Shown: positions 9,463 through 19,065 of the stretch, one piece after another
How the letters are laid out: each line of letters opens with the position of its first letter
Numbering within the stretch: the stretch's first letter is position 1
NCBI GenBank assembly: GCA_964645485.1
Contig: CAZXZO010000014.1
Coordinates: 1 to 44,532, forward strand
Direction: 5' to 3'
Source: an uncultured Candidatus Poseidoniales archaeon
Lineage (GTDB): Archaea > Thermoplasmatota > Poseidoniia > Poseidoniales > Thalassarchaeaceae
Length of the DNA: 44,532 nucleotides
Made by a program: the position numbers and the translations under genes
The notes under the pieces: generated by a model
What the model saw: only the letters and a program-made list of their open reading frames with translations
The model's database searches: none
Told to the model about the DNA's origin: nothing

Positions 9463-10245
9463 ATGAGGGTTGTGACTTGGAATCTTAATGGCATTCGCGC
9501 TGCCCATCGCAAGGGTTTGGGAGATTTCATTTCAAAAATAAATGCGGATATTTGGCTATTCCAAGAAACGCGGGCTCTGCCTGAACAGATGCCCGATGAT
9601 TGGCAAGAACCACCTGGCGCCGAAGTAATCTGGCATCCAGCACAAAAGAAAGGATATTCGGGGGTAATGACATGTTCAAGAGTTGGGCTTGAGGAGATGG
9701 GGCGTGGTATTGACAGCAATCTTGACCTAACAAGAGACCCAGAAGGTCGAGTTCTACACACCAAGCATGGCGAACTCCACTGCGTCAATATCTATTTGCC
9801 CAATGGTGGGGCAAGTATTGAGAGACAAAATTACAAAGATCAATGGCTGGAAGATTTTTTGATTTGGTCTCAGAAATTTCTTGACTCAGACAAGCCCGCT
9901 CTCCTTTGTGGTGACCTCAATATTGCACATACTGAGAATGACATTTGGAATCCTACAGGAAACCGGTATACATCTGGTTTCTTACAACACGAGCGGCAAT
10001 GGTTCTCTCGATTACTTGGGGTTGGCTGGAATGACCTCTTACGAATCCATTTAGGAGATATTCAGGGTCCATACACATGGTGGTCTAACAGGGGGCGCGC
10101 AAGAGAACTGGATAGAGGGTGGAGAATTGATTACATTCTTGCAAACAATGCTGCAAAGGACCTTCTCAAATCGGCCGAAGTTATGCGGGAGGGGGGCTTA
10201 GTTATCTCAGACCATGCACCTCTAATCGTTGATTTAGATATGTGA
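9463..10245 (+). CDS. xth: Exodeoxyribonuclease III (AP endonuclease)
   Basis: MRVVTWNLNGIRA, LFQETR, KKGYSGV, NIYLPNG, LCGDLNIAH, YTWWSNR, GWRIDYIL, SDHAPL. Confidence 0.97.
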   Translation: MRVVTWNLNGIRAAHRKGLGDFISKINADIWLFQETRALPEQMPDDWQEPPGAEVIWHPAQKKGYSGVMTCSRVGLEEMGRGIDSNLDLTRDPEGRVLHTKHGELHCVNIYLPNGGASIERQNYKDQWLEDFLIWSQKFLDSDKPALLCGDLNIAHTENDIWNPTGNRYTSGFLQHERQWFSRLLGVGWNDLLRIHLGDIQGPYTWWSNRGRARELDRGWRIDYILANNAAKDLLKSAEVMREGGLVISDHAPLIVDLDM

Positions 10246-10340
10246 GAATTAGTACGTAATAATAGTAAGAGATAGTGAGATTACTCGATTTCAATTAATT
10301 TTTGGATTAATATCTTGTCGGACAGACTTTAGCATAGTTG

Positions 10341-10357
10341 CCGCCCCGTAGGGGCGG
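10341..10357 (+). promoter_or_regulatory. GC-rich hairpin (7-bp stem, 3-nt loop) in the leader of the aro operon
   Basis: CCGCCCC-GTA-GGGGCGG, 14 nt upstream of ATG 10372. Confidence 0.4.
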
Positions 10358-10371
10358 AAGGGGTGCAAGTT

Positions 10372-11277
10372 ATGTCAGAAATCACAGTTGATGAATTGAA
10401 ACGCGAACGACTCAAGCAAATACTTCCAACAGGAAGAGGGGTATGGATTCCCATAGACCACGGGGCTTCAGATTGGCCTGTATCTGGCTTGAGCGATGTT
10501 GGTTCATTAGTAGGTGCTATCACTTCTAGCCGGGGCCCAGATGCAATTATTTCACACCGGGGTCCACTTTCCCATCATCAAGATGATACGAGGGAAAATT
10601 GGCGAGGAGGTTGGGTCCTTCATCTCTCAGTTTCGACAAGACATGGAGGGGCTAAATCCGATTTCAAAAGATTAGCCGGCGAGCCGAGCAATGTTGTTGT
10701 TTCTGCTGTTGAGAGAGGCGCCGTTGGGGTAAGTGTTCAAGTTAACCTTGGAAATGAAAACGAAGGTGAAATGCTTGAATTTCTAGCCGCAGTTGCAGAC
10801 GAATGTCACTTTTTGGGAGTCCCACTTTTGGGGATGATTTACCCACGTGGGCCAAACTTGGATGTCTTAGAAGGAGACGAAACCCAGGCTATTGCTCATG
10901 CAGCAAGAATTGGTTGGGAACTGGGTTGTGATGTAGTGAAAGTGCCGTGGACAGGCTCAATCGAGTCATTTCAACAAGTTACCTCCTCAGTTCCAATTCC
11001 AGTGTTAATCTCCGGCGGCGCTAAACAAAACGACTTCAAGGCGGTTATCCGCACAGTGAGAGCCGCAATGGCTGCAGGGGCTGGTGGAGTTTGTATGGGT
11101 AGACAAATATTCTCAGATTCTGACCCAGCAGCGAGAGTTGCTGAAATCGTAGAAGTTGTTCATGGGATTCCGTGGGATGCAGACGGACGGTTCAAATTTG
11201 ACAACGATGAAGCAGACGACTTGGAAGATTTGGTTGAATCATTCCGAGATAGTCTTGGCAAATTCAATAAAAAATGA
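10372..11277 (+). CDS. aroA': DhnA-type class I aldolase, probable 2-amino-3,7-dideoxy-D-threo-hept-6-ulosonate (ADH) synthase
   Basis: IPIDHG, GMIYPRG (catalytic Tyr), ARIGWELGCDVVKVPWTG (Schiff-base Lys), GVCMGRQIF. Sits directly upstream of 3-dehydroquinate synthase II. ATG 10372 chosen (ORF track GTG 10363). Confidence 0.8.
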   Translation: MSEITVDELKRERLKQILPTGRGVWIPIDHGASDWPVSGLSDVGSLVGAITSSRGPDAIISHRGPLSHHQDDTRENWRGGWVLHLSVSTRHGGAKSDFKRLAGEPSNVVVSAVERGAVGVSVQVNLGNENEGEMLEFLAAVADECHFLGVPLLGMIYPRGPNLDVLEGDETQAIAHAARIGWELGCDVVKVPWTGSIESFQQVTSSVPIPVLISGGAKQNDFKAVIRTVRAAMAAGAGGVCMGRQIFSDSDPAARVAEIVEVVHGIPWDADGRFKFDNDEADDLEDLVESFRDSLGKFNKK

Positions 11278-11286
11278 GGTATTTTT

Positions 11287-12330
11287 ATGGAATTATGGCT
11301 TTCCTCTGAAAACAGGGTAGAGCAACATCCTGCAAATGCGATAGTGAGTTCAGATGAAGAACCATTTCCTGAGTGGGCTAGTGATGACAACGAAATTAGA
11401 CGATACCGAGTTGACAATGGAGCAGTCACTGATGATGCTGGCAAAACCATCGGTGCTTTCATTCAGATTGAGGATGATGAGGGCCAAGCCGCCGCATTAG
11501 AATTCATTGGCTTGGCCGAATGGTTGCTAATTGACTGCCCGGATTGGAAGATGATCCCATTAGAAAATTTGGTAGCAGCGGCTGACCAAACTTCTACCAA
11601 AATAGCCGCTAAAATTTCAAATTCTGACCAATTACAAGGCGCGACCTTTGCATTACAGAAAGGTGTAGACGCGCTCATTCTTCCTAATGACGTTGCAATT
11701 TGGGCGGTTGCTCAAGAACTTGCGGCTCAACGATTATCTGACATTGGGGATGTCACAGAATCAAGTTCTATTGTAGTAGAGGAATCTCCTGAACTTGTAC
11801 AATTACAAGTAACTAAGATAGAAACTGGTGGAGTAGGTGACCGAGTGTGTGTAGATTTAGTGCAAATGCTTGAAATTGGTGAAGGTGTGCTTGTTGGTTC
11901 TAGTGCTGCTTCTCTTGTTTTAGTTCATGGTGAGACCTTGTCATCTCAGTTTGTCCCTCCTCGACCGTTCAGAATCAATGCCGGACCAGTACACTCGTAT
12001 ATTCTCATGGCGAATGGTTCAACGAAATACCTTTCAGAATTACTGGCGGGTGATGAAGTGCTGGTAGTTTCTCCAAGTAGTTCAAGAGCGGTTGCTGTCG
12101 GGCGTCTGAAAATTGAGCCAAGACCACTTCTCTTGGTTCGTTTTGAATGCACTTCTCAAATTGGGGGTCAAATTTTCTTACAACAGGCCGAGACAGTCAG
12201 ACTTGTGTTAAACCTTGAAAAGACAGTCTCCGTCACGCACCTTGAGGCGGGGATGAATATTCTCGGTGTTTGTGCAATAGCCGGACGGCATATTGGCCAA
12301 GCAATTAGCGGAGATGTGGAGGAAAAGTGA
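11287..12330 (+). CDS. aroB': 3-dehydroquinate synthase II (archaeal type)
   Basis: WKMIPLENLVA, LQKGVDALIL, GDRVCVDL, EGVLVGS, RPFRINAGPVHSY, TKYLSELLAG, VGRLKIEPRPL, LQQAETVRL, GRHIG. Confidence 0.93.
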   Translation: MELWLSSENRVEQHPANAIVSSDEEPFPEWASDDNEIRRYRVDNGAVTDDAGKTIGAFIQIEDDEGQAAALEFIGLAEWLLIDCPDWKMIPLENLVAAADQTSTKIAAKISNSDQLQGATFALQKGVDALILPNDVAIWAVAQELAAQRLSDIGDVTESSSIVVEESPELVQLQVTKIETGGVGDRVCVDLVQMLEIGEGVLVGSSAASLVLVHGETLSSQFVPPRPFRINAGPVHSYILMANGSTKYLSELLAGDEVLVVSPSSSRAVAVGRLKIEPRPLLLVRFECTSQIGGQIFLQQAETVRLVLNLEKTVSVTHLEAGMNILGVCAIAGRHIGQAISGDVEEK

Positions 12331-13185
12331 ATGGGTGTCATCGGTCAGGGTGAAGGACAGGGTGGCATTAGCCTCCTACACGCTCTTGGTGCTGGCTATG
12401 GTTGTTCAATCGGTGTAAACTTGTCAACTAAAGTACGTTTGAGAGATGATAAGCCCGGCAAAGTTGCTGAAGACCCAAACGGTGTTCTAGAAGCAGTTGT
12501 TGGGGTTTGGGTTGAGGCTGGTTTAGAGAAGCCTGCCGAAGAACTCTTCTGGCAAGCACGGAGTACTGTCCCAATGGGTGTTGGATTGAAAAGTTCAGCA
12601 GCTCTTGCAGTTGCCGCAATCCGGTCCTTGATGGATGCTACCAAAACAGAGTTGTCAAATGCTGAAATCGTTGATTTAGCATCTGGTGCTCAGTTGGCTG
12701 CCGGTGTTTCTTTCACTGGTAGTGTTGACGATTCTTGGGCCGCTGTTGAACCGGGTTGGAAAATCGTCAATCCAAACTTACCAGCAGCTGAAGGCGTGCT
12801 ACTAGAAGGTGAATTTGTTGAACCCGAAGACTGGAAAATCCTAATTATTCCTCGTGGTGAACGTGAATTAATGGCGAATCCAGAGAGATTTTCTCAAATG
12901 GCTCCCCAATTTGAAAAAGCGATTGCAGCAATGGAACAGGGTTCACTTCTTGTCGCTCTTACTGAAAATGGTAGAGCAACAGCCAATGCGTTAGGAGATG
13001 CTCAAGGCCGTCGATTGGCGAATGACTTGCTAGTCTGGGGTGCAAGAGGTGCAGGTATCTCTGGCTCTGGTCCTGCGATTGCTGCAGTAATTCCTGTCCA
13101 TAGTGAAGTAACCTTGAGGAGAATTGTCCAACTTGCAGAGCAACGTGGACACAAAACAATCGTAACTGATGTCTGGGTTGAATAG
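12331..13185 (+). CDS. aroK: Archaeal shikimate kinase (GHMP superfamily)
   Basis: GGISLLHALGAGYGCSIGV, VPMGVGLKSSAA, GVSFTGSVDD, ALTENG, AGISGSGPA. Start codon abuts the previous stop. Confidence 0.9.
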   Translation: MGVIGQGEGQGGISLLHALGAGYGCSIGVNLSTKVRLRDDKPGKVAEDPNGVLEAVVGVWVEAGLEKPAEELFWQARSTVPMGVGLKSSAALAVAAIRSLMDATKTELSNAEIVDLASGAQLAAGVSFTGSVDDSWAAVEPGWKIVNPNLPAAEGVLLEGEFVEPEDWKILIIPRGERELMANPERFSQMAPQFEKAIAAMEQGSLLVALTENGRATANALGDAQGRRLANDLLVWGARGAGISGSGPAIAAVIPVHSEVTLRRIVQLAEQRGHKTIVTDVWVE

Positions 13186-13207
13186 TTGAGGAGGTGTAAT
13201 CCTGTCC

Positions 13208-14281
13208 ATGCGTTTGGGTGATACTTTGACAGTAACCCTATTTGGCGAAAGCCATGGATTGGTAGTTGGTGCACTCGTTGAAGGTGTCCCGCCAGGAATC
13301 AAAATTGATGCAAAATCTCTTGTCGATGATTTGTCAAAAAGGCGGCCAGGCGGCCATTTAGCCTCAAAGCGAAATGAAGATGATGAATGCCATATTATGA
13401 GTGGTGTCAATGAAGGCTTCACTACTGGTTGGCCAGTATTGCTGGTGATTGCCAATAAAGATGTACGGTCTTCTGATTATTCTTTTCTCCCAGACCACCC
13501 CCGTCCAGGACATGCAGACTTACCTGAATTAGTTCGCTCTAAAGGACATTCAGACCTTCGAGGTGGTGGGGGGAACAGTGCTAGATTAACAGCAGGTTTG
13601 GTTGCTGCTGCTAGCATTTGTAGGCCAATTGAAGATAACTCCAATTGGAAGGTGGAAGCACATGTGCGTTCTATTGGTGATGTGGTATCTTCTGGTATTG
13701 AAACACTGCCAATCGGTAGTGGTGAAGAATGGGAACGAACGCGCTGCCGAGACCAAGTGGCTGCAAGAGAAATGGTGTTATTAGTTGAGAAAATGCGGTC
13801 GAAACGAGATTCCATCGGGAGTTCAGTTGAGTTGAGAATTTCAGGACTCCCGCTAGGATTTGGTGAACCATGGTATGATGGAATTGAACCCGCTTTAGCA
13901 AAAGCCTTGATGGCAATTCCTGCTGCGAGAGCAGTCGAATTTGGACGCGGCACTAAAGCCAGTCAAATGCGTGGAAGTGAACATAATGATGCTTGGAGCG
14001 AAAGCGATGGTGTGCCAAAACCAAAAGAAATCCGAGCAGATGGAGCACTTGGCGGTATGGCAACTGGTGGAGATCTTTTCGTAATTATTCATTTCAAACC
14101 ACCTAGTAGTATTGCTCAAGCCCAGAATACTCTAAACTTGGCCTCTGGAGAGGAAGAGGAACTTGTTGTGCTTGGGAGACATGACCCGGTAATTGCTCCT
14201 CGTGCAGTTGCGGTAGTGGAATCATCTGCGCGCCTTGTTTTATCGGATTTATCAATAAAGGGAGGATGGTCGATTGAGTGA
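13208..14281 (+). CDS. aroC: Chorismate synthase
   Basis: LFGESHG, KRRPG, PRPGHAD, RGGGGNSARLTA, DSIGS, AIPAARAVEFG, GSEHND, GRHDP. RBS GAGGAGGTG. Confidence 0.96.
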   Translation: MRLGDTLTVTLFGESHGLVVGALVEGVPPGIKIDAKSLVDDLSKRRPGGHLASKRNEDDECHIMSGVNEGFTTGWPVLLVIANKDVRSSDYSFLPDHPRPGHADLPELVRSKGHSDLRGGGGNSARLTAGLVAAASICRPIEDNSNWKVEAHVRSIGDVVSSGIETLPIGSGEEWERTRCRDQVAAREMVLLVEKMRSKRDSIGSSVELRISGLPLGFGEPWYDGIEPALAKALMAIPAARAVEFGRGTKASQMRGSEHNDAWSESDGVPKPKEIRADGALGGMATGGDLFVIIHFKPPSSIAQAQNTLNLASGEEEELVVLGRHDPVIAPRAVAVVESSARLVLSDLSIKGGWSIE

Positions 14282-15608
14282 TGTGAAAATTTTCAAATTC
14301 GGTGGTTCTTGTCTAAAGCAATCCAATGACCTTGAAGCCGTTGTTCAAAGAATAGTTGAATCATCTCAGGGAAAAACAGTGGTTGTAGTTTCAGCCTTAC
14401 ACGGGGTTACAGACCGTATTCTTGAGAGATTAGAACGCAAAGATAGGGACTCAGTCCCTGCTTTTGTAAGTTCAATCGAGATGATGCATTTAGAAATCTC
14501 ACCAACTTTGGTAAATGATATTCATTATCCAAAGTTTCGTGATGCTTTAGCAGAACTTTCACAGGCTCTCTTGGATAATTGCGAAAACTCAACAGAAGAA
14601 TCCCGAATTAGAGCACAAATCGCTGGAGAGCAAATGAGCAGCATTGCAGTTTCTGCTGCAGTGAGCGCTTGTGGGATTGAGAGTGAACCAATATGGTCTG
14701 AAGATTTTGGAATTGAGATTCACAAAGTGAAAGGAGACTCAGTTATCGATATCAATTCAACCAAGAGTTCCCTTGACCTACCCGATGCATCAGTATTGGT
14801 TGTGACAGGATGGTATGGCATGTTTAACGGAAAACCCGCCCTTCTAGCAAGAGGTGGTTCTGACTTGACTGCAACTTCACTTGCAGCGGTGTTAAATGCA
14901 TCAGAAGTCACAATTTGGAGAGATGTATCCGGGGTGCTTGCTTTATCGCCTAGATGGGCAATACCTTCGCGTAATCTTCCATATTTGTCTTACACTGAGG
15001 CCCAAGAATTAGCATTATTTAGTGAACCAGTTTTACACCCATTCGCGGTTGAGCCACTTCGAAAAGAGGGAATACCATTGCGCTTGAGACCTTTACATAA
15101 TCCGAACAATTTGGGGAGTAGTATTGGCCCCTCTGTAGCGACTGGGAATCCAAGAGTACGGGCTGTTGGTTGCTTACCAAATCTAGTGCCTTTGACAATG
15201 AGGTTGTCAGGGGTAATGTCTGTTGCTAAAGTTGTTGCAGATGCAACTATTTTGTTAGATCGTGCTCGAATCCGAGTTTGGTCGCTCCGCGCAAGACCAA
15301 ACGAGGCTCGTTTTTTAGTCTCGCAGAGAGCATCATCTCATGCTATGCGACTACTCTCAGAAAGTCCTGCTTTGCCAACAGCAAAACTAGGAAATGCGAT
15401 TTCGATTCTCTGCCTTGTGGGAGAATCTATTGGCAACAATGATTCAATCACCGCAGAAATTGAACAATTCGCCGTTCAATCTGATTTGGAATTAACTCAT
15501 TTAGATGAGGGTAAGAGAGACCATGCTTTGCATTACACTGTACCAGATGCGATGACTCAGGAAGCCTTGGTATTGTTAGCGAAAAACTTTGACCTTCTCA
15601 TGCCATGA
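14274..15608 (+). CDS. lysC: Aspartate kinase with C-terminal ACT-like domains
   Basis: IFKFGGS, VVVVSAL, AGEQMS, VVTGWYG, LARGGSDLTAT, IWRDVSGV, LSYTEAQELA, VLHP. TTG start overlaps the aroC stop by 8 nt. Confidence 0.88.
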   Translation: MSDVKIFKFGGSCLKQSNDLEAVVQRIVESSQGKTVVVVSALHGVTDRILERLERKDRDSVPAFVSSIEMMHLEISPTLVNDIHYPKFRDALAELSQALLDNCENSTEESRIRAQIAGEQMSSIAVSAAVSACGIESEPIWSEDFGIEIHKVKGDSVIDINSTKSSLDLPDASVLVVTGWYGMFNGKPALLARGGSDLTATSLAAVLNASEVTIWRDVSGVLALSPRWAIPSRNLPYLSYTEAQELALFSEPVLHPFAVEPLRKEGIPLRLRPLHNPNNLGSSIGPSVATGNPRVRAVGCLPNLVPLTMRLSGVMSVAKVVADATILLDRARIRVWSLRARPNEARFLVSQRASSHAMRLLSESPALPTAKLGNAISILCLVGESIGNNDSITAEIEQFAVQSDLELTHLDEGKRDHALHYTVPDAMTQEALVLLAKNFDLLMP

Positions 15609-15619
15609 GAAATTATTGA

Positions 15620-16546
15620 TTATTCGCTTGTACCGCCTTCACGCATTTTTTGGTAGCGGCCAGGTATATCTGCAACGAATACGATTGCAACTAACATGAA
15701 TACAATCATTGTACCTAGTGCAACACCGTAAACACTCTCAAGTTCAACACTTTCTTCTAGCCGTAAGGCAGAGATTTCAGAAAATAATCCAACAAATCCA
15801 GATATTACATCTTTGAATAATAGAGTTGTAATTGCAACTACTGCTGCAATTATTGGAGTGATTACTAGACTGATGTGATACTTTGTCAATACTTTCTTGA
15901 CGTTCATCACGTATACTTCACCGGTCCGAATGCTGGTATCTAGCATTGAAAACCGAATTACACCATTGGTCAATTCAATGTACATCACTAACAATACTGC
16001 GTATGCGACCAAGGCTATTTTTTGTAGGAGTTCATCATTAAATGATAACCATTCAAAACTTACTTTACTTGCTGCAAATCTAAATGACACGATTACAAAC
16101 AAGACATACGAGATGAGTAGGAATCTTGAATCTCTCGAAATAATGCCCCAGAACCCGCATCCTATTGCGCTGAGTACTAAGAGTAAATGGATCGCCAAAC
16201 CGAGCACTTCAACTCCGATTGTTTCGCCAAACCAAAACCATGCTGTACCTGATACAGGAGTTACGATGTAAGTGAGAACTCCGAGCATTATCATCACTGC
16301 GCCAGAAGCCATTTGCAAAGTTTGTACCATTTTGTCGGCAGGAAGGAATTTCATTTTTGGAACTAAAGGCCCGCCGAATAGACTTTCAACAAATGATGGA
16401 ATATGAACTTCAGGAATTGCATCCTTTGGGATATCTGAAGAACCCGTCATCTTAGCGGCTAATGCCTTTCTGCTAGGTGCAGATGAGCGGACTACCTTTC
16501 CATCATACAGATGGCTGGTGTCACTACTTACTCCTTTTTGTGCCAT
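15620..16546 (-). CDS. Hypothetical polytopic membrane protein, last gene of the MoxR module
   Basis: 308 aa with about six hydrophobic segments; 9 nt from the DUF58 gene. Confidence 0.75.
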   Translation of the reverse strand: MAQKGVSSDTSHLYDGKVVRSSAPSRKALAAKMTGSSDIPKDAIPEVHIPSFVESLFGGPLVPKMKFLPADKMVQTLQMASGAVMIMLGVLTYIVTPVSGTAWFWFGETIGVEVLGLAIHLLLVLSAIGCGFWGIISRDSRFLLISYVLFVIVSFRFAASKVSFEWLSFNDELLQKIALVAYAVLLVMYIELTNGVIRFSMLDTSIRTGEVYVMNVKKVLTKYHISLVITPIIAAVVAITTLLFKDVISGFVGLFSEISALRLEESVELESVYGVALGTMIVFMLVAIVFVADIPGRYQKMREGGTSE

Positions 16547-16555
16547 TTAATCCAC

Positions 16556-17875
16556 CTAGAATCCTCTTGCTCCTGCTAAAGCGGTTGAGAGCAACATGTC
16601 TGGTTCCCAATCCATTACGAAAGCACCAAGGCCACGTAATTCGCTTATGAGAATATCACGCTCGGTCTTCAGAACTTCGTAACCTGTTCTATCAAGGCGT
16701 CTCGCATCAAATTCAAACTCAAGGCTCGATGGAGTGAGAATTGTTGTGTCAAAATCACGGGCGCGCAGGTCGCGCACAGCATTGACAATTGTACTATCAT
16801 CTTCTAAACATGACATAATGATGATTGGACTTCCTTTGTTAATGTGAGGGAGAATACGGTTAGTCACCACTTGTAAGGGTGTAGAACCTCTTGCCATCGC
16901 ACCTGCTAATTTTGTTAGAATAACATAGAGTTGCTTCTTTCCTGTGTCTCTGTCAACACTGACGATTTCATCAGCGTATGAGACGAGTCCAACAGAATCT
17001 CTTCTTGATAAGAAGAAGGATGCCAAGGAGGCTGCAGCACGAGTCCCATAAACCAACGAGTTTCTGCTAACTGGGCCGGTTTCAGCGACAGCTCGACTGT
17101 CTAGAATTAGGATGATATCACTCACTGCGTCACGCTCACGCTCGTTAACCATCAGTTTCCCTGTCCTACCATAAGCAGGCCAGTTGATCGATTTCATTGG
17201 GTCGCCAGCAATGTATTCACGCAGGTTGTAGAATTCAGAACCAGGTCCTGGCTGACGGATGTTCACTGCCCCAGTGAAAATCTTTGGAACCTTACTCTTG
17301 ACAAATGCGTCCTTTAGGTCCTCAGTCTTAGGGAATACAAGGAAGTCGTCATAAACATGCAATTCCTTTTCTTTGTGGAAAAGTCCGAATGAATCCTGAA
17401 TGCGGATGCAAACAGGTCCAATAGTATAGAATCCACGTAGTGGGCACTCAACTGTGTATTCAATGACAGTTTCTCGGCGTGGACCTAATTCCATTAGAAT
17501 GTAGTTCGCTCCCTCTTTGATTCTCATTACTTCTGGAAGGCTATCTCTTACTTCCAATACTTTGGATAGTGGTGACATATTCTGTACCTTGAGAGTAACA
17601 TCAACTGTTCCATCCTCGAATACACGTGCAGCACTGAGTTTTCGCATTGCTTCCAAGCGGCTGAGAGAAGCCCCCGCTTCTTCATCAGAGCGCTCTTCCA
17701 TTCGGCGTCCACTTGCTGACACATCTGCGTGGGCGGCACGAAGTGCTGCCCAAGTCAAAAACGAGAGTAGAACAACTGCAACAGTTACGAGTTGATGGTT
17801 TCGCAAGGTCAAGCCGAGTAGGTAGAGCGCTATCGCTAAACTGCCAAACATGGCAGATTTACGGCTCCATGCCAT
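16556..17875 (-). CDS. DUF58 domain protein (VWA-like MoxR partner) with N-terminal TMs
   Basis: RGFYTIGPV.I..QDSFGLF, GPGSEFYNLREYIAGDPMKSINWPAYGRTGKLMVNERE, ILILDSR, RDSVGLV. Confidence 0.9.
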   Translation of the reverse strand: MAWSRKSAMFGSLAIALYLLGLTLRNHQLVTVAVVLLSFLTWAALRAAHADVSASGRRMEERSDEEAGASLSRLEAMRKLSAARVFEDGTVDVTLKVQNMSPLSKVLEVRDSLPEVMRIKEGANYILMELGPRRETVIEYTVECPLRGFYTIGPVCIRIQDSFGLFHKEKELHVYDDFLVFPKTEDLKDAFVKSKVPKIFTGAVNIRQPGPGSEFYNLREYIAGDPMKSINWPAYGRTGKLMVNERERDAVSDIILILDSRAVAETGPVSRNSLVYGTRAAASLASFFLSRRDSVGLVSYADEIVSVDRDTGKKQLYVILTKLAGAMARGSTPLQVVTNRILPHINKGSPIIIMSCLEDDSTIVNAVRDLRARDFDTTILTPSSLEFEFDARRLDRTGYEVLKTERDILISELRGLGAFVMDWEPDMLLSTALAGARGF

Positions 17876-17919
17876 TCAACTATTCCCTCCATTGCGCATG
17901 TCTGTGTATAATGAAACAA

Positions 17920-19032
17920 TCAGACAGTTGGGACAGGAACCTGTCCAAGAATTGTCTGAATAACTTCATCAGTTTCAAGACCCTTGATTTGGTGCTCTGG
18001 CTTCAGAATTAGTCTGTGTGCTAGTGCAAGAACTGCTACTGACTTTACATCATCAGGAGTCACGAAATCTCGACCGCGCATTGCTGCAGCGGCTCTTCCA
18101 GTCTTGAGTAGTGCTTGAGAACCTCTTGGTGAGGCGCCGACTAGAACACGTGGGTCCTCGCGGGTGCGCGCTACACATTCAACCATGTACATGCGGATTG
18201 CTGGGTCAACATAGACATCTTCAATCGCTTGCTGCATTGCAATCACACGCTGTGGATCAGTGATAACTTCGACATCAACTGCGTCCTTCTTTCTAGTGAT
18301 ACGTCGGGCTAGGATTTCATCCTCATCAGCACGATCTGGATATCCAACGCTCATCTTGAACATGAAACGGTCAAGTTGTGCTTCCGGTAGTGGGTAAGTT
18401 CCTTCTTGCTCCACAGGGTTCTGTGTCGCCATTGTTAGGAACGGTGCTGGCAACTTGTGGGTCACTGTACCGATAGTAACTTGCTTCTCCTGCATAGCCT
18501 CAAGCAGAGCCGCTTGAGTCTTAGGTGGCGCACGGTTAATTTCGTCAGAAAGTAGTAAGTTACAGAAGATTGGACCAGGCTTGAAAGTAAATTCTCCTTT
18601 CTTTGCATCATAGATGTTTGTTCCAGTAATATCTGCAGGTAGCAAATCAGGTGTAAATTGTACACGCTTGAAGTCACAACCAAGTGCGTCAGCGAAAGTG
18701 TTTGTCATCAAAGTCTTAGCTAGACCAGGATAATCTTCGAAAAGTAAGTTACCGTTTGAAAGAATGTTGACTAATACATTGTCAATCACGTGTGATTTAC
18801 CGATAATTACTTTTTGAACTTCAGCACTAATTGCTTGTCCAATAGCTCCTACGGCTGCTAATCGTTCTTTCACTTCAGGGTTACTCTGGTGTCTAGGCGC
18901 CGCTGGAGCAGCTGCTGCTTGAACCGCTGGTGCGGCTGGTGCTGCTGGTGCTGCTGCTGCAGGTGGCGGGGGCGCTGCTGCGCCTCCGGCGGCTGGGTTC
19001 GTTCCGGGCGGGGGGGGTGGTGCTTGTACCAT
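17920..19032 (-). CDS. moxR: MoxR-family AAA+ ATPase with Pro/Ala-rich N-terminal extension
   Basis: LLFEDYPGLAKT, RVQFTPDLLPADITG, LLSDEINRAPPKTQAALLEAMQE, TQNPVEQEGTYPLPEAQLDRF, GASPRG. Confidence 0.95.
   Translation of the reverse strand: MVQAPPPPPGTNPAAGGAAAPPPPAAAAPAAPAAPAVQAAAAPAAPRHQSNPEVKERLAAVGAIGQAISAEVQKVIIGKSHVIDNVLVNILSNGNLLFEDYPGLAKTLMTNTFADALGCDFKRVQFTPDLLPADITGTNIYDAKKGEFTFKPGPIFCNLLLSDEINRAPPKTQAALLEAMQEKQVTIGTVTHKLPAPFLTMATQNPVEQEGTYPLPEAQLDRFMFKMSVGYPDRADEDEILARRITRKKDAVDVEVITDPQRVIAMQQAIEDVYVDPAIRMYMVECVARTREDPRVLVGASPRGSQALLKTGRAAAAMRGRDFVTPDDVKSVAVLALAHRLILKPEHQIKGLETDEVIQTILGQVPVPTV
18895..19032 (-). repeat. Low-complexity Pro/Ala coding repeat (AAP/APA units)
   Basis: 36 of the first 46 residues are Pro or Ala (hand count); GCA/CCA-rich tandem units in the DNA. 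Confidence 0.85.
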
Positions 19033-19065
19033 TTTTCATCTCTCCATTTTCTTCTCATTTGTGTT

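Noticed and set aside
19010-19017. C8 homopolymer (coding strand) near the moxR 5' end, and G8 at 6381-6388 in the permease, as phase-variation sites
   Set aside because: Both are in frame and explained by poly-Pro and Met-Gly-Gly-Val codons; 8-nt runs are not exceptional and no frameshift is present
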